This document shows, one piece after another, positions 18,100-26,687 of a DNA stretch of 64,000 nucleotides (positions are counted from its first letter, which is position 1; each line of letters opens with the position of its first letter). The notes under the pieces were generated by a model, which had not been told where the DNA came from, searched no databases, and saw only the letters and a program-made list of their open reading frames with translations. The stretch is from Candidatus Eiseniibacteriota bacterium. GTDB lineage: Bacteria; Eisenbacteria; RBG-16-71-46; JABDJR01. The stretch covers positions 1,120,001 to 1,184,000 of the forward strand of contig CAWANH010000028.1 of NCBI GenBank assembly GCA_963783375.1, given 5' to 3'. The position numbers and the translations under genes were made by a program.

Positions 18100-20226
18100 T
18101 TACCGGAGCCGGACGATCCGCGCGGTCCCCGTCCGGTCCCCGTCCCGGACCAGGGCAAAGTAGACGCCCTGGGCGGCGGGGAGCCCCTGAAGGTCGGTGC
18201 CGCCCCATTCCACCGACGCACTGCGGCCTCCTGTGGGTGGGAGCGTGCGTTCCCACACCAAGCGCCCGTCTACCGAGAACACCCGCACCTCGGCGGGGAA
18301 GACCCCTGATGACTCCCAGGTGATCCGGCTCGGACCGGCGGTGGGGTTGGGTCCCACCGTGAGCGCCAACCCGTGCCGCGTCCCCGACCGGGCCGCGATC
18401 GCCAGGCCGGCGGCCAGCGCGCCCTGGATGTCCAGCCGGCCCGCCCCCCAGAGATCGCGGTCGGTGGTGGTGCTGTCCCGACCGGCGCCCTTGGTGAGCA
18501 GGGTGCGGAAGAGGCCGGAGTCCATGTCTGGGAAGGCCTGCTTGAGAAGCGCGGCCGCGCCGCCCACGAATGGGACCGAGGCGCTGGTGCCGCTGAAGGG
18601 GGCGAAGGCGACTTGGTGGGCGGAATCGGGAGGCGCGGCGGGGGCCAGAATCCGGATCCCCGGGGCGGCGATGTCCAGCACCGGGTAGCCGTCGATCCGG
18701 GGCCCGGACCCGCTGAACCACGCCACGTCGTCGTTGAGATCGCTGTCCCAGTCAGCCACGGTGATGGCGGAGTCGGCCAGGCCCAGACCTTGCACGGTGT
18801 ACCTGCCGTCGTCGTCCGGCCATCCGAGCGTATCGGTGGGCAGCTCCACGAAGGCGTACCCGTGGATCGTGCGCGCTTCGCCGGGGAAAGAGAAGACCCA
18901 CCGCGCTCCGTTCCGTCCGGACTGTGGGACGGCCAGTGGAATGAGATTGAGCCAAGTCCCTCCTCGGAAGGCATCGTACACACTCACCAGGAAATCAAAA
19001 CCGTCCCGATCGTACTCGCCGTCCACGATCGGCAGAGTCATTTCCCTTCCGAGCGGGTTTTCGAGGTGAAGCAACCGAGGAGGGTCCCCGATCCAGGTGA
19101 ATCTGGGAAGGGATCCGTCCGAGAGGTACACGCGGGGCTCTCCACCAGCCAGCAAGACGTGCTGCAGCCTACCGCGACCGTTGCCGGCGGCGGCGATGAA
19201 GATCAGACCTTCCCGGGAGCGCTCATCGATGAGGGACTCGTCCCAGCCGGAGCCGTTCCCGGGCAAACCGCCCCCGTATTCATCGATGACGATGCCGGCT
19301 CCCTCGCTCCGGGCCCATGGGAGATCCTGGATCCGGTGTTCCATGAAGATCACCAGGTCCGCATCCGGGGCAATCCCGGTCAGCTTGTGCCTTCCCGGCC
19401 AGCCCCCGGCGAGGATCCCGCAGACCGGTGTGCAGTGCCATCTCCCGGGTCCCGGCATGTGTCCCACCAGGTTCTCACCCCGGCGGTACACCGTAGCTTC
19501 CCTGCGAATGGCCCGGACCTTGGATGTTCCCAGCCCGATGAGCACCTCACCCGGGTCGAGCCGGTCGTTCTCGTCGGCGTCGTCCATGATGAAGAGGCGT
19601 TCCCCGTAGGACGGATCCTGTTCCCCGAACCGCGGGGGCCCGTACTCGCGCGCCCCATCGCCGTCCTGGTCCTGGAACAGGAAGTCGTAGCCCGCCTGGA
19701 ACCTCGTAGTGTCACGGTCGGGAGCGGTGATGCCCTCGCTCTGGATCCAGCCCAGGGTCTCGTCCGGGTCCTTGACCCCGTTCCCGTTCAGATCGACCGC
19801 GTCGCCGGGGCTGAAATCACCGCTCCGGTCCACGTCCAGCCAAACGAAGGTGCCCCCGTCGTCCTTCAAGAGCATGGGTTGGTAGACGTCGACGTCGCCG
19901 TCGAACACGGCGACAACGACGCCCTTTCCGGTGAGCGGAGTCCCGTGCGCATCGAGAGCCTTCCATACGGACTCCGCCCCAACCCGCTCACGGGCGCGGT
20001 AGAGGTTCCGCTGGAGTTCCGGGGGATCGCCCCGTCGGTCGGCGCCCGCGGCGTCCGGCCCCGACCGCCGCCAGGGACTGGGCGGGAACCCGTGGAACGC
20101 GCCGGGAGAGGCCCGGAAGCCGACGGACGCGGCGCGGATGGGCTGCGACCGCGTCGATCCCGGGAAAAGGATCAGCAGCGCGGCCGCGAGGCTCGCGGCC
20201 ACGTGCATGCGGCTTGCCCTGTTCAC
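18100..20226 (-). CDS. Secreted S8 subtilisin-family peptidase with C-terminal FlgD-Ig domain
   Basis: TGKGVVVAVFDG, HCT..CGILAG, AAAGN, FS..GP, DIAAPG, FSGTSASVP; C-terminus W.G.D..G...A.GVYF; start GTG 20226 or ATG 20208. Confidence 0.85.
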   Translation of the reverse strand: MNRASRMHVAASLAAALLILFPGSTRSQPIRAASVGFRASPGAFHGFPPSPWRRSGPDAAGADRRGDPPELQRNLYRARERVGAESVWKALDAHGTPLTGKGVVVAVFDGDVDVYQPMLLKDDGGTFVWLDVDRSGDFSPGDAVDLNGNGVKDPDETLGWIQSEGITAPDRDTTRFQAGYDFLFQDQDGDGAREYGPPRFGEQDPSYGERLFIMDDADENDRLDPGEVLIGLGTSKVRAIRREATVYRRGENLVGHMPGPGRWHCTPVCGILAGGWPGRHKLTGIAPDADLVIFMEHRIQDLPWARSEGAGIVIDEYGGGLPGNGSGWDESLIDERSREGLIFIAAAGNGRGRLQHVLLAGGEPRVYLSDGSLPRFTWIGDPPRLLHLENPLGREMTLPIVDGEYDRDGFDFLVSVYDAFRGGTWLNLIPLAVPQSGRNGARWVFSFPGEARTIHGYAFVELPTDTLGWPDDDGRYTVQGLGLADSAITVADWDSDLNDDVAWFSGSGPRIDGYPVLDIAAPGIRILAPAAPPDSAHQVAFAPFSGTSASVPFVGGAAALLKQAFPDMDSGLFRTLLTKGAGRDSTTTDRDLWGAGRLDIQGALAAGLAIAARSGTRHGLALTVGPNPTAGPSRITWESSGVFPAEVRVFSVDGRLVWERTLPPTGGRSASVEWGGTDLQGLPAAQGVYFALVRDGDRTGTARIVRLR

Positions 20227-20345
20227 GGCATGGGTTCCCCTTCGCGCCGTGACCCGCGCCGGGGCCTCGAACCGGTGCGGCGACCCCGAAACAGCCCGCA
20301 GCCCCGGGGCCCCCGCAAGGAGCCCCGGACTCACGACGATCCCTG

Positions 20346-21944
20346 CTACGCCGTCGCGGCCGGCGGCGGACTCTTCCTCACCATCGCGAAGATCCACCGC
20401 CCGTACAGGTAGATCCCCAGCGCGGAGAGGATCCCGATCACCCCCATGATATCCCACACCATACCGACGTTGTGCGAGTCGTGGAGGATCCGGGTCAGTT
20501 GCTCCGGGCTCTGTCCGGTGAAGTCCACCAGCTTCTGGAAGGCCTCCCCCTGGGGGATCTTGCTCACCAGATCGGGGACCATTCCCTTCTGGAGCAGGAG
20601 CTCCCGGGCGAATCGGTCCTTGGAGGCGAAGACGTCGTAGAGCTGGGGCCCGAGCTTCCCCTCCAGGGTCCAGCCGACGGCGAGGGGGATCTGGGAGAAG
20701 CCCAGGTACATGGCCTTCTTGTCCGCGGGGGCGAAGTTTCCGATGAACTCGCTGAACTTGGGGCTCGAGAGCATCTCGCCCACGGAGAAGATGGCGATCC
20801 CGAAGAGCGTGACCCAGCCCGAGGTGGAATGGCCGGAGACGAACAGCGCGGTGGCCGCGAAGAGCGTCCCGATGGTCATGCTGGTGGTGGCGCGGAGCTT
20901 TCCCCCCAGGTAGGCGAAGAGGAAGGCGGTGGTCATGATGAGCCCGGCGTTCAGGTTCACCATGCCCTCGGGCTGGATGGCCGTCCCCGAGGGGTTCATG
21001 ACCACGAAGAACTTGATGAACGGGTTGGTGGTCCCCCCCGAGCCGAAGAGCGAGTGGACGATGTCCGAGGTGTTGACCCAGTCGTCGATGTGGGCGGGGA
21101 GAACGTCGAAGAGGGCGTTGAACATGAACCAGAACCCGGAGAAGATGGCGAGGTAGCTCCAGACGTGGGGCTTCTTGAGCTCGTGGAGGGACTCGACGAA
21201 CAGGCTGGCCCGCTTCACCTCCCCGCTCTTCACCCGCCGGTTCCGCTCCAGCCGCTCTTCCTTCCCCACCTCCTTGTAGGTGAGGAGCAACAGGAAGTTG
21301 AGGCAGATGATCGCCGCGCAGGCGAAGAACACGTTGTGCCAGGCCATCTTTCGCATGAGCCCGGCCACCAGGGGGCCGATGAACCCGCCGATGTTCACGG
21401 TCTGATAGAAGACCCCCCAGGCCACCGAGCTGTTCGTGCGGTCCGTGGTCTTGACCAGGGTCCCCTGGATGCCCGGCTTGAAGATCGCGGTGCCGGTGGC
21501 CAGGAGCAGGGCGCCGGCGAAGAAGCCCTGGTAGGTCCCGAAAAAGCCCATCACCAGGTAGCCCGAGATCTTCACGATGGTGGAGACGAAGATCGTCTCC
21601 TTGTATCCGTAGCGATCGGAAAGGCCCCCGGTGAAGACGGGGACGATGGTCTGGACCAGGGCCCAGGTCATGAGGATGGTGCCGAAGGCGGACATGGTGA
21701 TCCCGAGCCCGCCCGCCGATTTGGGATCCTTGGCGTAGAGGGTGGCCACCGCCTTCACCCCGTAGTAAGCCAGCCGCTCCACCATCTCCATCGCCCCGAC
21801 GATCCAGAAGACGTAGCCGAGGCTGGCCAGAGCCGCGGCCAGGCCGAGCTGCTTGACGTCGGCGAGCTGGGAGAACTCCTCGGCCTGAGCGGGAATCTTG
21901 GGGTAGACGTCGACGGTCTTCGGCTTGGACGTTGCCTTTTTCAC
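20346..21944 (-). CDS. MFS transporter, POT/PTR-like
   Basis: EMVERLAYYG (ExxERxxYY) motif, GGLSDRYG, FKP, FY..VNIG, GEM..SP. Confidence 0.9.
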   Translation of the reverse strand: MKKATSKPKTVDVYPKIPAQAEEFSQLADVKQLGLAAALASLGYVFWIVGAMEMVERLAYYGVKAVATLYAKDPKSAGGLGITMSAFGTILMTWALVQTIVPVFTGGLSDRYGYKETIFVSTIVKISGYLVMGFFGTYQGFFAGALLLATGTAIFKPGIQGTLVKTTDRTNSSVAWGVFYQTVNIGGFIGPLVAGLMRKMAWHNVFFACAAIICLNFLLLLTYKEVGKEERLERNRRVKSGEVKRASLFVESLHELKKPHVWSYLAIFSGFWFMFNALFDVLPAHIDDWVNTSDIVHSLFGSGGTTNPFIKFFVVMNPSGTAIQPEGMVNLNAGLIMTTAFLFAYLGGKLRATTSMTIGTLFAATALFVSGHSTSGWVTLFGIAIFSVGEMLSSPKFSEFIGNFAPADKKAMYLGFSQIPLAVGWTLEGKLGPQLYDVFASKDRFARELLLQKGMVPDLVSKIPQGEAFQKLVDFTGQSPEQLTRILHDSHNVGMVWDIMGVIGILSALGIYLYGRWIFAMVRKSPPPAATA

Positions 21945-22207
21945 CTGGGTCCCCTTCCCGGCGGGAGGTGGAGTTTTCGGTTGTCGGCGAGAGGGACCGA
22001 GGGGGGTTCAAGCGGCCAGGAGAATGCCACAAGTCGCCCCCGGTTTGGAAGCTGAATCGGCCCGCCCCTGCCGGGAAACGGCCCGGGAAGCGGTCCCGTC
22101 CGGGTGAACGTGCAAGAATGGAGGAGAGCCGGCCGGCGGCGCGGCGCGCCCCGGATCGGAGTAGGACTCATTGAGAGACAATCACTTCGACGGAAAGGAG
22201 TCTGTTC

Positions 22208-22990
22208 ATGGAGATCCGGCTTGCCGGAAAGCGCGCCCTGGTCACGGGGGCCAACTCCGGAATCGGGAAGGCCATCGCCCTGGCCCTGGGCGAAGCCGGG
22301 GCCGATGTGGCGGTGAACTACGTCGTCCACCCCGGGGACGCGGAGTCCGTGGCCGAGGCGGTTCGGAAGTCCGGCCCCCGCGCCCTGGCGGTGAAGGCGG
22401 ACGTCTCCGACCCCGCCCAGGTCGAGGCCATGTTCGCCCGAGTGGAAGAGGAATGGGGCGGGGTGGACATCCTGGTGAACAACGCGGGGGTCGATGGGAA
22501 GCGGGCGCTCACGTGGGAGATCGAGGTGGACGACTGGCGGAAGGTGATCGAGATCGATCTCCTGGGGCCGTTCCACTGCGCCCGCCGGGCCCTGGGACCG
22601 ATGGTGGAGCGGAAGAGCGGCGTGGTGCTCAACATGACCTCGGTGCACGAGGTCATCCCCTGGGAAGGCTACGGCGCCTACGCCGCGGCCAAGGCGGGGC
22701 TCGGGATGCTCACCAAGACCATGGCCCAGGAGGCGGCCCAGCACGGGGTGCGCGTGCTGGCCCTGGCCCCGGGGGCGATCAAGACCGCCATCAACCGGAA
22801 CGTGTGGGACGACAAGGAGGGACTGAAGGACCTCCTGACCAAGATTCCCCTGGAGCGGATGGGGGAAACCGCGGAGATCGCCCGGATGGCCGTCGTCCTC
22901 TGCTCCGAGGCCGCGTCCTATCTCCTGGGGACCACGGTCGTGGTGGACGGGGGCATGACCCTCTACCCGAGTTTCGAGCACGGGGGCTGA
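22208..22990 (+). CDS. SDR oxidoreductase, glucose-1-dehydrogenase-like
   Basis: TGANSGIG, NNAG, SVHE.IPW, YAAAK, VDGGMTLYP. Confidence 0.9.
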   Translation: MEIRLAGKRALVTGANSGIGKAIALALGEAGADVAVNYVVHPGDAESVAEAVRKSGPRALAVKADVSDPAQVEAMFARVEEEWGGVDILVNNAGVDGKRALTWEIEVDDWRKVIEIDLLGPFHCARRALGPMVERKSGVVLNMTSVHEVIPWEGYGAYAAAKAGLGMLTKTMAQEAAQHGVRVLALAPGAIKTAINRNVWDDKEGLKDLLTKIPLERMGETAEIARMAVVLCSEAASYLLGTTVVVDGGMTLYPSFEHGG

Positions 22991-23124
22991 GAGCGGCGAT
23001 CGCGGGGTCGACGGCCCCGCCCCGGTCCGGCGAACCCCCGCCGCCGCCCGGAGCGCCGAAACGCGGGGCGGTCCGCGACGCTTCCGCCGCGGACCGCCCC
23101 TATTCCGTCGCCGCCGGGTGAACT

Positions 23125-23676
23125 TCAGCCCTTGGTGGGCACGAAATAGACGTCGGTCGGCTTGAGCTTGCTGTTTCGAAGGAAGCGCGGCTTCACCGCC
23201 ATCCCGATCCAGTCCAGGGAGGCCTTGTCGGGGTCCATGCCCAGGATCCGGGTGAGAAGCAGGGTGTCCACGCCATCGAACTCCACCAGGGCCAGGACGA
23301 ACGGCGTCTCGGGGAGGAACTCCTCGGATCCGAAGTGACACACGGTGAACGCGTGCACCTTGGCCGCCCGCTCGGTGATGTCGATCCACTCGGTCTCCGC
23401 GCCGGTCTGCATGTCGTTTCCACGCGGGTTGGCGTAGGTGTAGCCGGTCTCCGGGTCCCGGGAGGCCAGGAGGTGCTTGTTGGTGAGCCCGGCGAACCAG
23501 GGGCTGTCCTGACCGTAGGAGTGGAGATAGGCGATCTTGTACTCCTGCTCGATCTGGATGGGACTCATCCGCTTCAGGAAGGCGAGGCTTTCCGGGTCGG
23601 TTTCGACCGGAAAGGGAATGCCGTGGACGATGTAGCCACCCAGGGTCTCGTCGCGGCGATTCGGTTGTTTGGCCAT
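23125..23676 (-). CDS. DUF35 (ribbon + OB-fold) thiolase partner protein
   Basis: S..FAGL....LL.S......Y..PR, W........V.AFTV.......P..PFVLALVE.DG, IGM.V...F; follows thiolase gene. Confidence 0.85.
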   Translation of the reverse strand: MAKQPNRRDETLGGYIVHGIPFPVETDPESLAFLKRMSPIQIEQEYKIAYLHSYGQDSPWFAGLTNKHLLASRDPETGYTYANPRGNDMQTGAETEWIDITERAAKVHAFTVCHFGSEEFLPETPFVLALVEFDGVDTLLLTRILGMDPDKASLDWIGMAVKPRFLRNSKLKPTDVYFVPTKG

Positions 23677-23741
23677 GGAGAACTCCTTTCAATCACCCCG
23701 CGGCGCGTGGCCGGCGGGGCTCCGAACCTGGTCGCGCGAGA

Positions 23742-25106
23742 TCAGGCCTCGCGTTCGAGAATGCTCACCGAGACGTAGGTGCCGGTGCCGGCGTGGGAAT
23801 GGATGGCTCCCTTCTTCGCGTCCTTCACCTGCAGGGTGCCGTCGCCGAAGTGCTTGGCGATCGATCCCTGGAGCTGCCAGGTCGCGAAGACCGCCTGCAT
23901 GAGCCCGGTGGCTCCCACCGGATGGCCGCAGGCGATCAGCCCGCCGGAAGGGTTCACCGGGCAGACCGGCTTCTCCTTCAGGTTCAGCCCGTACTCCACG
24001 CCGGGCATGAACGCCTTCCCCGAGGCGGCGAAGGGGCCGCCCTCACCGTAGCGGCAGAGGCCCATGTCCTCGTAGGTCTGGATCTCGCTCGACGTGTAGG
24101 CGTCGTGGAGCTCCACGAAGTCCAGCTCGGCCAGCGGGTCGGCGATCTTCGCCGTCTTGTAGGCCATGTTTCCCGCGGTGCGCCCGGCCCGGAAGGAATG
24201 CACTCCCGGATAGCGGGTTCCCTTCTCCCACAGCTGGGCGTAGTAGGCCCGGGTTTCGTCCGAGTCCTTCTCCATGGGGGTGGCGTAGTCCCGCATGAAG
24301 GTGTCGTAGTCCACGTGGGGCCGGTCGGCCATGCGCATGGCGTCGGTGCCCCGGCCGATTCCCGTGACCTTGACCAGCGGTCGCGGAACCTTGGCTCCCG
24401 CCGCCTCGAGCTTCTTGATCCCCTCCTCGGACGCGAGGATGGTGGCGGCGGCGCCGTCCGACATCACGCAGATGTCGAGCCGGGTCATCGGCCAGGCCAC
24501 CATGGGCGAGTTCCGGACGTCGGCCACCGAGTAGCGGTTCCGCTTCTGGGCGTAGGGATTGTGGTAGGCGTTCAGGTGGTTCTTCACGCTGACGTGGGCC
24601 ATCTGCTCCACGGTGGTTCCGAACTCCTTCATGTGGCGGGTCACCATCATGGCGTAGTAGCCGGAGTAGAAGCCTCCCACCGGGTAATCGAAGGACACGT
24701 CCGAGGCCAGGGCGATGAACTCGTTTCCCTTCCAGGTCTCGACGTGGCTCATGTTCTCGAAGCCGTAGGCCACGCAGACGTCCATATGCCCGCTGGCCAC
24801 CGACTTCCAGGCCTCCTGGAAGCAGAGCCCCCCGGTCGCCCCGCCGCCCTCGACCCGGTGGCCGGGTTTGGGGCAGAGGCCGAGGTAGTCCTGGACCATG
24901 ATCCCGGCCATGAGCTGGCGGCTGAAGTGGTCGGAGAAGTACGAGGCCACCGAACCGTCGACGACCTCGGTGAACGTGGGGAAGTCGGTGCCGAGGTCCT
25001 CGATCGCGTAGTCGTAGGCCTCCTTCACCACGGCTTGGAACGTCTTGTCGGGACGAGCCTTCGCGAACTTGGAGACTCCTCCCGAAACGGCATAGACGGG
25101 TCGCAT
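23742..25106 (-). CDS. SCP2/archaeal-type thiolase-like protein lacking the nucleophilic Cys
   Basis: VKNH.NA..NP.AQ, SDGAAA, VELHDAY, NPSGGL...GHPVGATG; RVEGGGATGG sits at the usual VExACASG site. Confidence 0.88.
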   Translation of the reverse strand: MRPVYAVSGGVSKFAKARPDKTFQAVVKEAYDYAIEDLGTDFPTFTEVVDGSVASYFSDHFSRQLMAGIMVQDYLGLCPKPGHRVEGGGATGGLCFQEAWKSVASGHMDVCVAYGFENMSHVETWKGNEFIALASDVSFDYPVGGFYSGYYAMMVTRHMKEFGTTVEQMAHVSVKNHLNAYHNPYAQKRNRYSVADVRNSPMVAWPMTRLDICVMSDGAAATILASEEGIKKLEAAGAKVPRPLVKVTGIGRGTDAMRMADRPHVDYDTFMRDYATPMEKDSDETRAYYAQLWEKGTRYPGVHSFRAGRTAGNMAYKTAKIADPLAELDFVELHDAYTSSEIQTYEDMGLCRYGEGGPFAASGKAFMPGVEYGLNLKEKPVCPVNPSGGLIACGHPVGATGLMQAVFATWQLQGSIAKHFGDGTLQVKDAKKGAIHSHAGTGTYVSVSILEREA

Positions 25107-25241
25107 GCTGGGTCCCTTTCCTTGGAAAAGACGGGCGGAAGGGTTTGGATAATCGGGTTGGATTCTACGGAACCGGCGCCGGCCGCGAAAGCGGACAACT
25201 GGAGTTCGAGATTCGGTATAGGCGACAAATTCACTACGAAA

Positions 25242-25270
25242 GCGGTCGGGTTCCGGCGGAATCCGACCGC
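25242..25270. promoter_or_regulatory. Near-perfect inverted repeat in divergent intergenic region
   Basis: GCGGTCGGGTTCCG-G-CGGAATCCGACCGC next to an AT-rich tract (25280-25325); function unknown. Confidence 0.4.
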
Positions 25271-25448
25271 AAGGGTACTGTGAATTTTGACCCAAATCGA
25301 ATAGATAAAACAGTTATCCATGAACGGGATGCAGGATGGGAGCCCGGGCCAACTAGAATTACCGGAGCAACTTGGGTTCGCAACGAGCTCCAGCCCCCGG
25401 GTCTGATCGGGGACGGGTGAGGGGGGTTCGTCACCAGGAGGTTCCGGA

Positions 25449-26594
25449 ATGGCCCGCCGCTCCCGCCTTGTCCTCTCCGTGTTCGCCTTGTCGCTCGTCT
25501 TCTGCGCCGCATCCGCCCTTGCCGATGACGGGCCGGGCGCGTTCTCCACCTCTTCCATTCACTCCGGGGGGCGCATGCGCTCCACCCACGGGGTTTTCTC
25601 CATCGCCGGCGGCGCCTATCCCGACGCCGAGCCCCGCTATCACAACGGGAGCGAGCTGGTGTGTGGGGACTGCCACGTCATGCACGCTTCCCAGACCCAT
25701 CCCTACGATCCGGCGGGCGCGAGGCCGGGGGAGGAGGTCCCCTACGCCGGAGGGCCCAACCCGAAGCTCCTGAAGGTCCCCGACCCTCTCGATCTCTGTC
25801 TCAACTGCCACGACGGCCGCACCTTCGCCCCCGACGTTCTCGGGGCGGACGTGAACGGCCTCGTCCAGCGCTCGGCGGGACACTTCGACGAGCCGGAGCT
25901 GGCCAACCCCCGCGGACACGACCTGGGCCGGGGCCTCCCCGACGCCGAGGGATTCGGCCTCTGCACGCGGTGCCACTTCTCGAGCGGCGAGGACGCCAAG
26001 GTCACCTGCATCGACTGCCACAACCCGCACGGGAACGGGGTGGCCCGGAACCTCCAGTGGGCGAGCGATCCCACGTCCACCCCGGACCTGGGGCTCTTCG
26101 TGAACCCGGGGGCGAGCGGGCTGGCCCGCTACGAGGCTTCGAACGTTTCCTTCGGGACCCTGAACACCGACCAGCTCCGCGAGGTCACCAACATCTGCCT
26201 CGACTGCCACCACATCTTCTCGGGGGAATCCTACATCGACCCCGACGGCAACGGGTTCCACAACCGCCATCCCACCTACGACAGCGAGCGCGGGTCGATC
26301 AACTCCATCAGCCAGGGGGACGCCGACGGGCGGACCAATTCCCCCCACTGGCTGGGAGGGACCGGGTCGGGGTTCATGGGGACGCCGCGGCTCCGCTTCG
26401 TGGCCTCCGGGGCCACCGACTTCGCCTCCGGGACGGTCGTGGACGCGGACAACGACGGGGTGTTCTGTTTGAGCTGCCACACCGCCCATGGAAGCGATCA
26501 GGCCTTCGCCCTGACCTGGACGCTCCAGGACGGATACGGCGCCCCCGGCTGCGACCAGTGTCACTACGTGGCCCAGGTGGACGCGGCCCCCTAG
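25449..26594 (+). CDS. Secreted 7-heme cytochrome c, OmcS-like motif architecture
   Basis: AGGAGG RBS; signal peptide ending ALA; CGDCH, CLNCH, CTRCH, CIDCH, CLDCH, CLSCH, CDQCH; YHNGSELVCGDCHVMHAS, CxxCHNPHG, RHP, VFCLSCHTAHGS. Confidence 0.9.
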   Translation: MARRSRLVLSVFALSLVFCAASALADDGPGAFSTSSIHSGGRMRSTHGVFSIAGGAYPDAEPRYHNGSELVCGDCHVMHASQTHPYDPAGARPGEEVPYAGGPNPKLLKVPDPLDLCLNCHDGRTFAPDVLGADVNGLVQRSAGHFDEPELANPRGHDLGRGLPDAEGFGLCTRCHFSSGEDAKVTCIDCHNPHGNGVARNLQWASDPTSTPDLGLFVNPGASGLARYEASNVSFGTLNTDQLREVTNICLDCHHIFSGESYIDPDGNGFHNRHPTYDSERGSINSISQGDADGRTNSPHWLGGTGSGFMGTPRLRFVASGATDFASGTVVDADNDGVFCLSCHTAHGSDQAFALTWTLQDGYGAPGCDQCHYVAQVDAAP

Positions 26595-26629
26595 CCTTAC
26601 CGGAAGCCGAAGCACCTCCGGGCAAGGAC

Positions 26630-26660
26630 GAGCGCCCCGCGGGAGATCCGCGGGGCGCTC
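26630..26660. terminator. 13-bp GC hairpin between convergent genes (putative bidirectional terminator)
   Basis: GAGCGCCCCGCGG-gagat-CCGCGGGGCGCTC; no strong U tract. Confidence 0.55.
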
Positions 26661-26687
26661 TCATGCCTTGCCCGATGGACGGACCGG

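Noticed and set aside
20227-22032. N-terminal half of the 1310-aa ORF (apparent transporter-protease fusion)
   Set aside because: Alternate-frame read-through of the MFS gene in GC-rich DNA; the protease has its own leader
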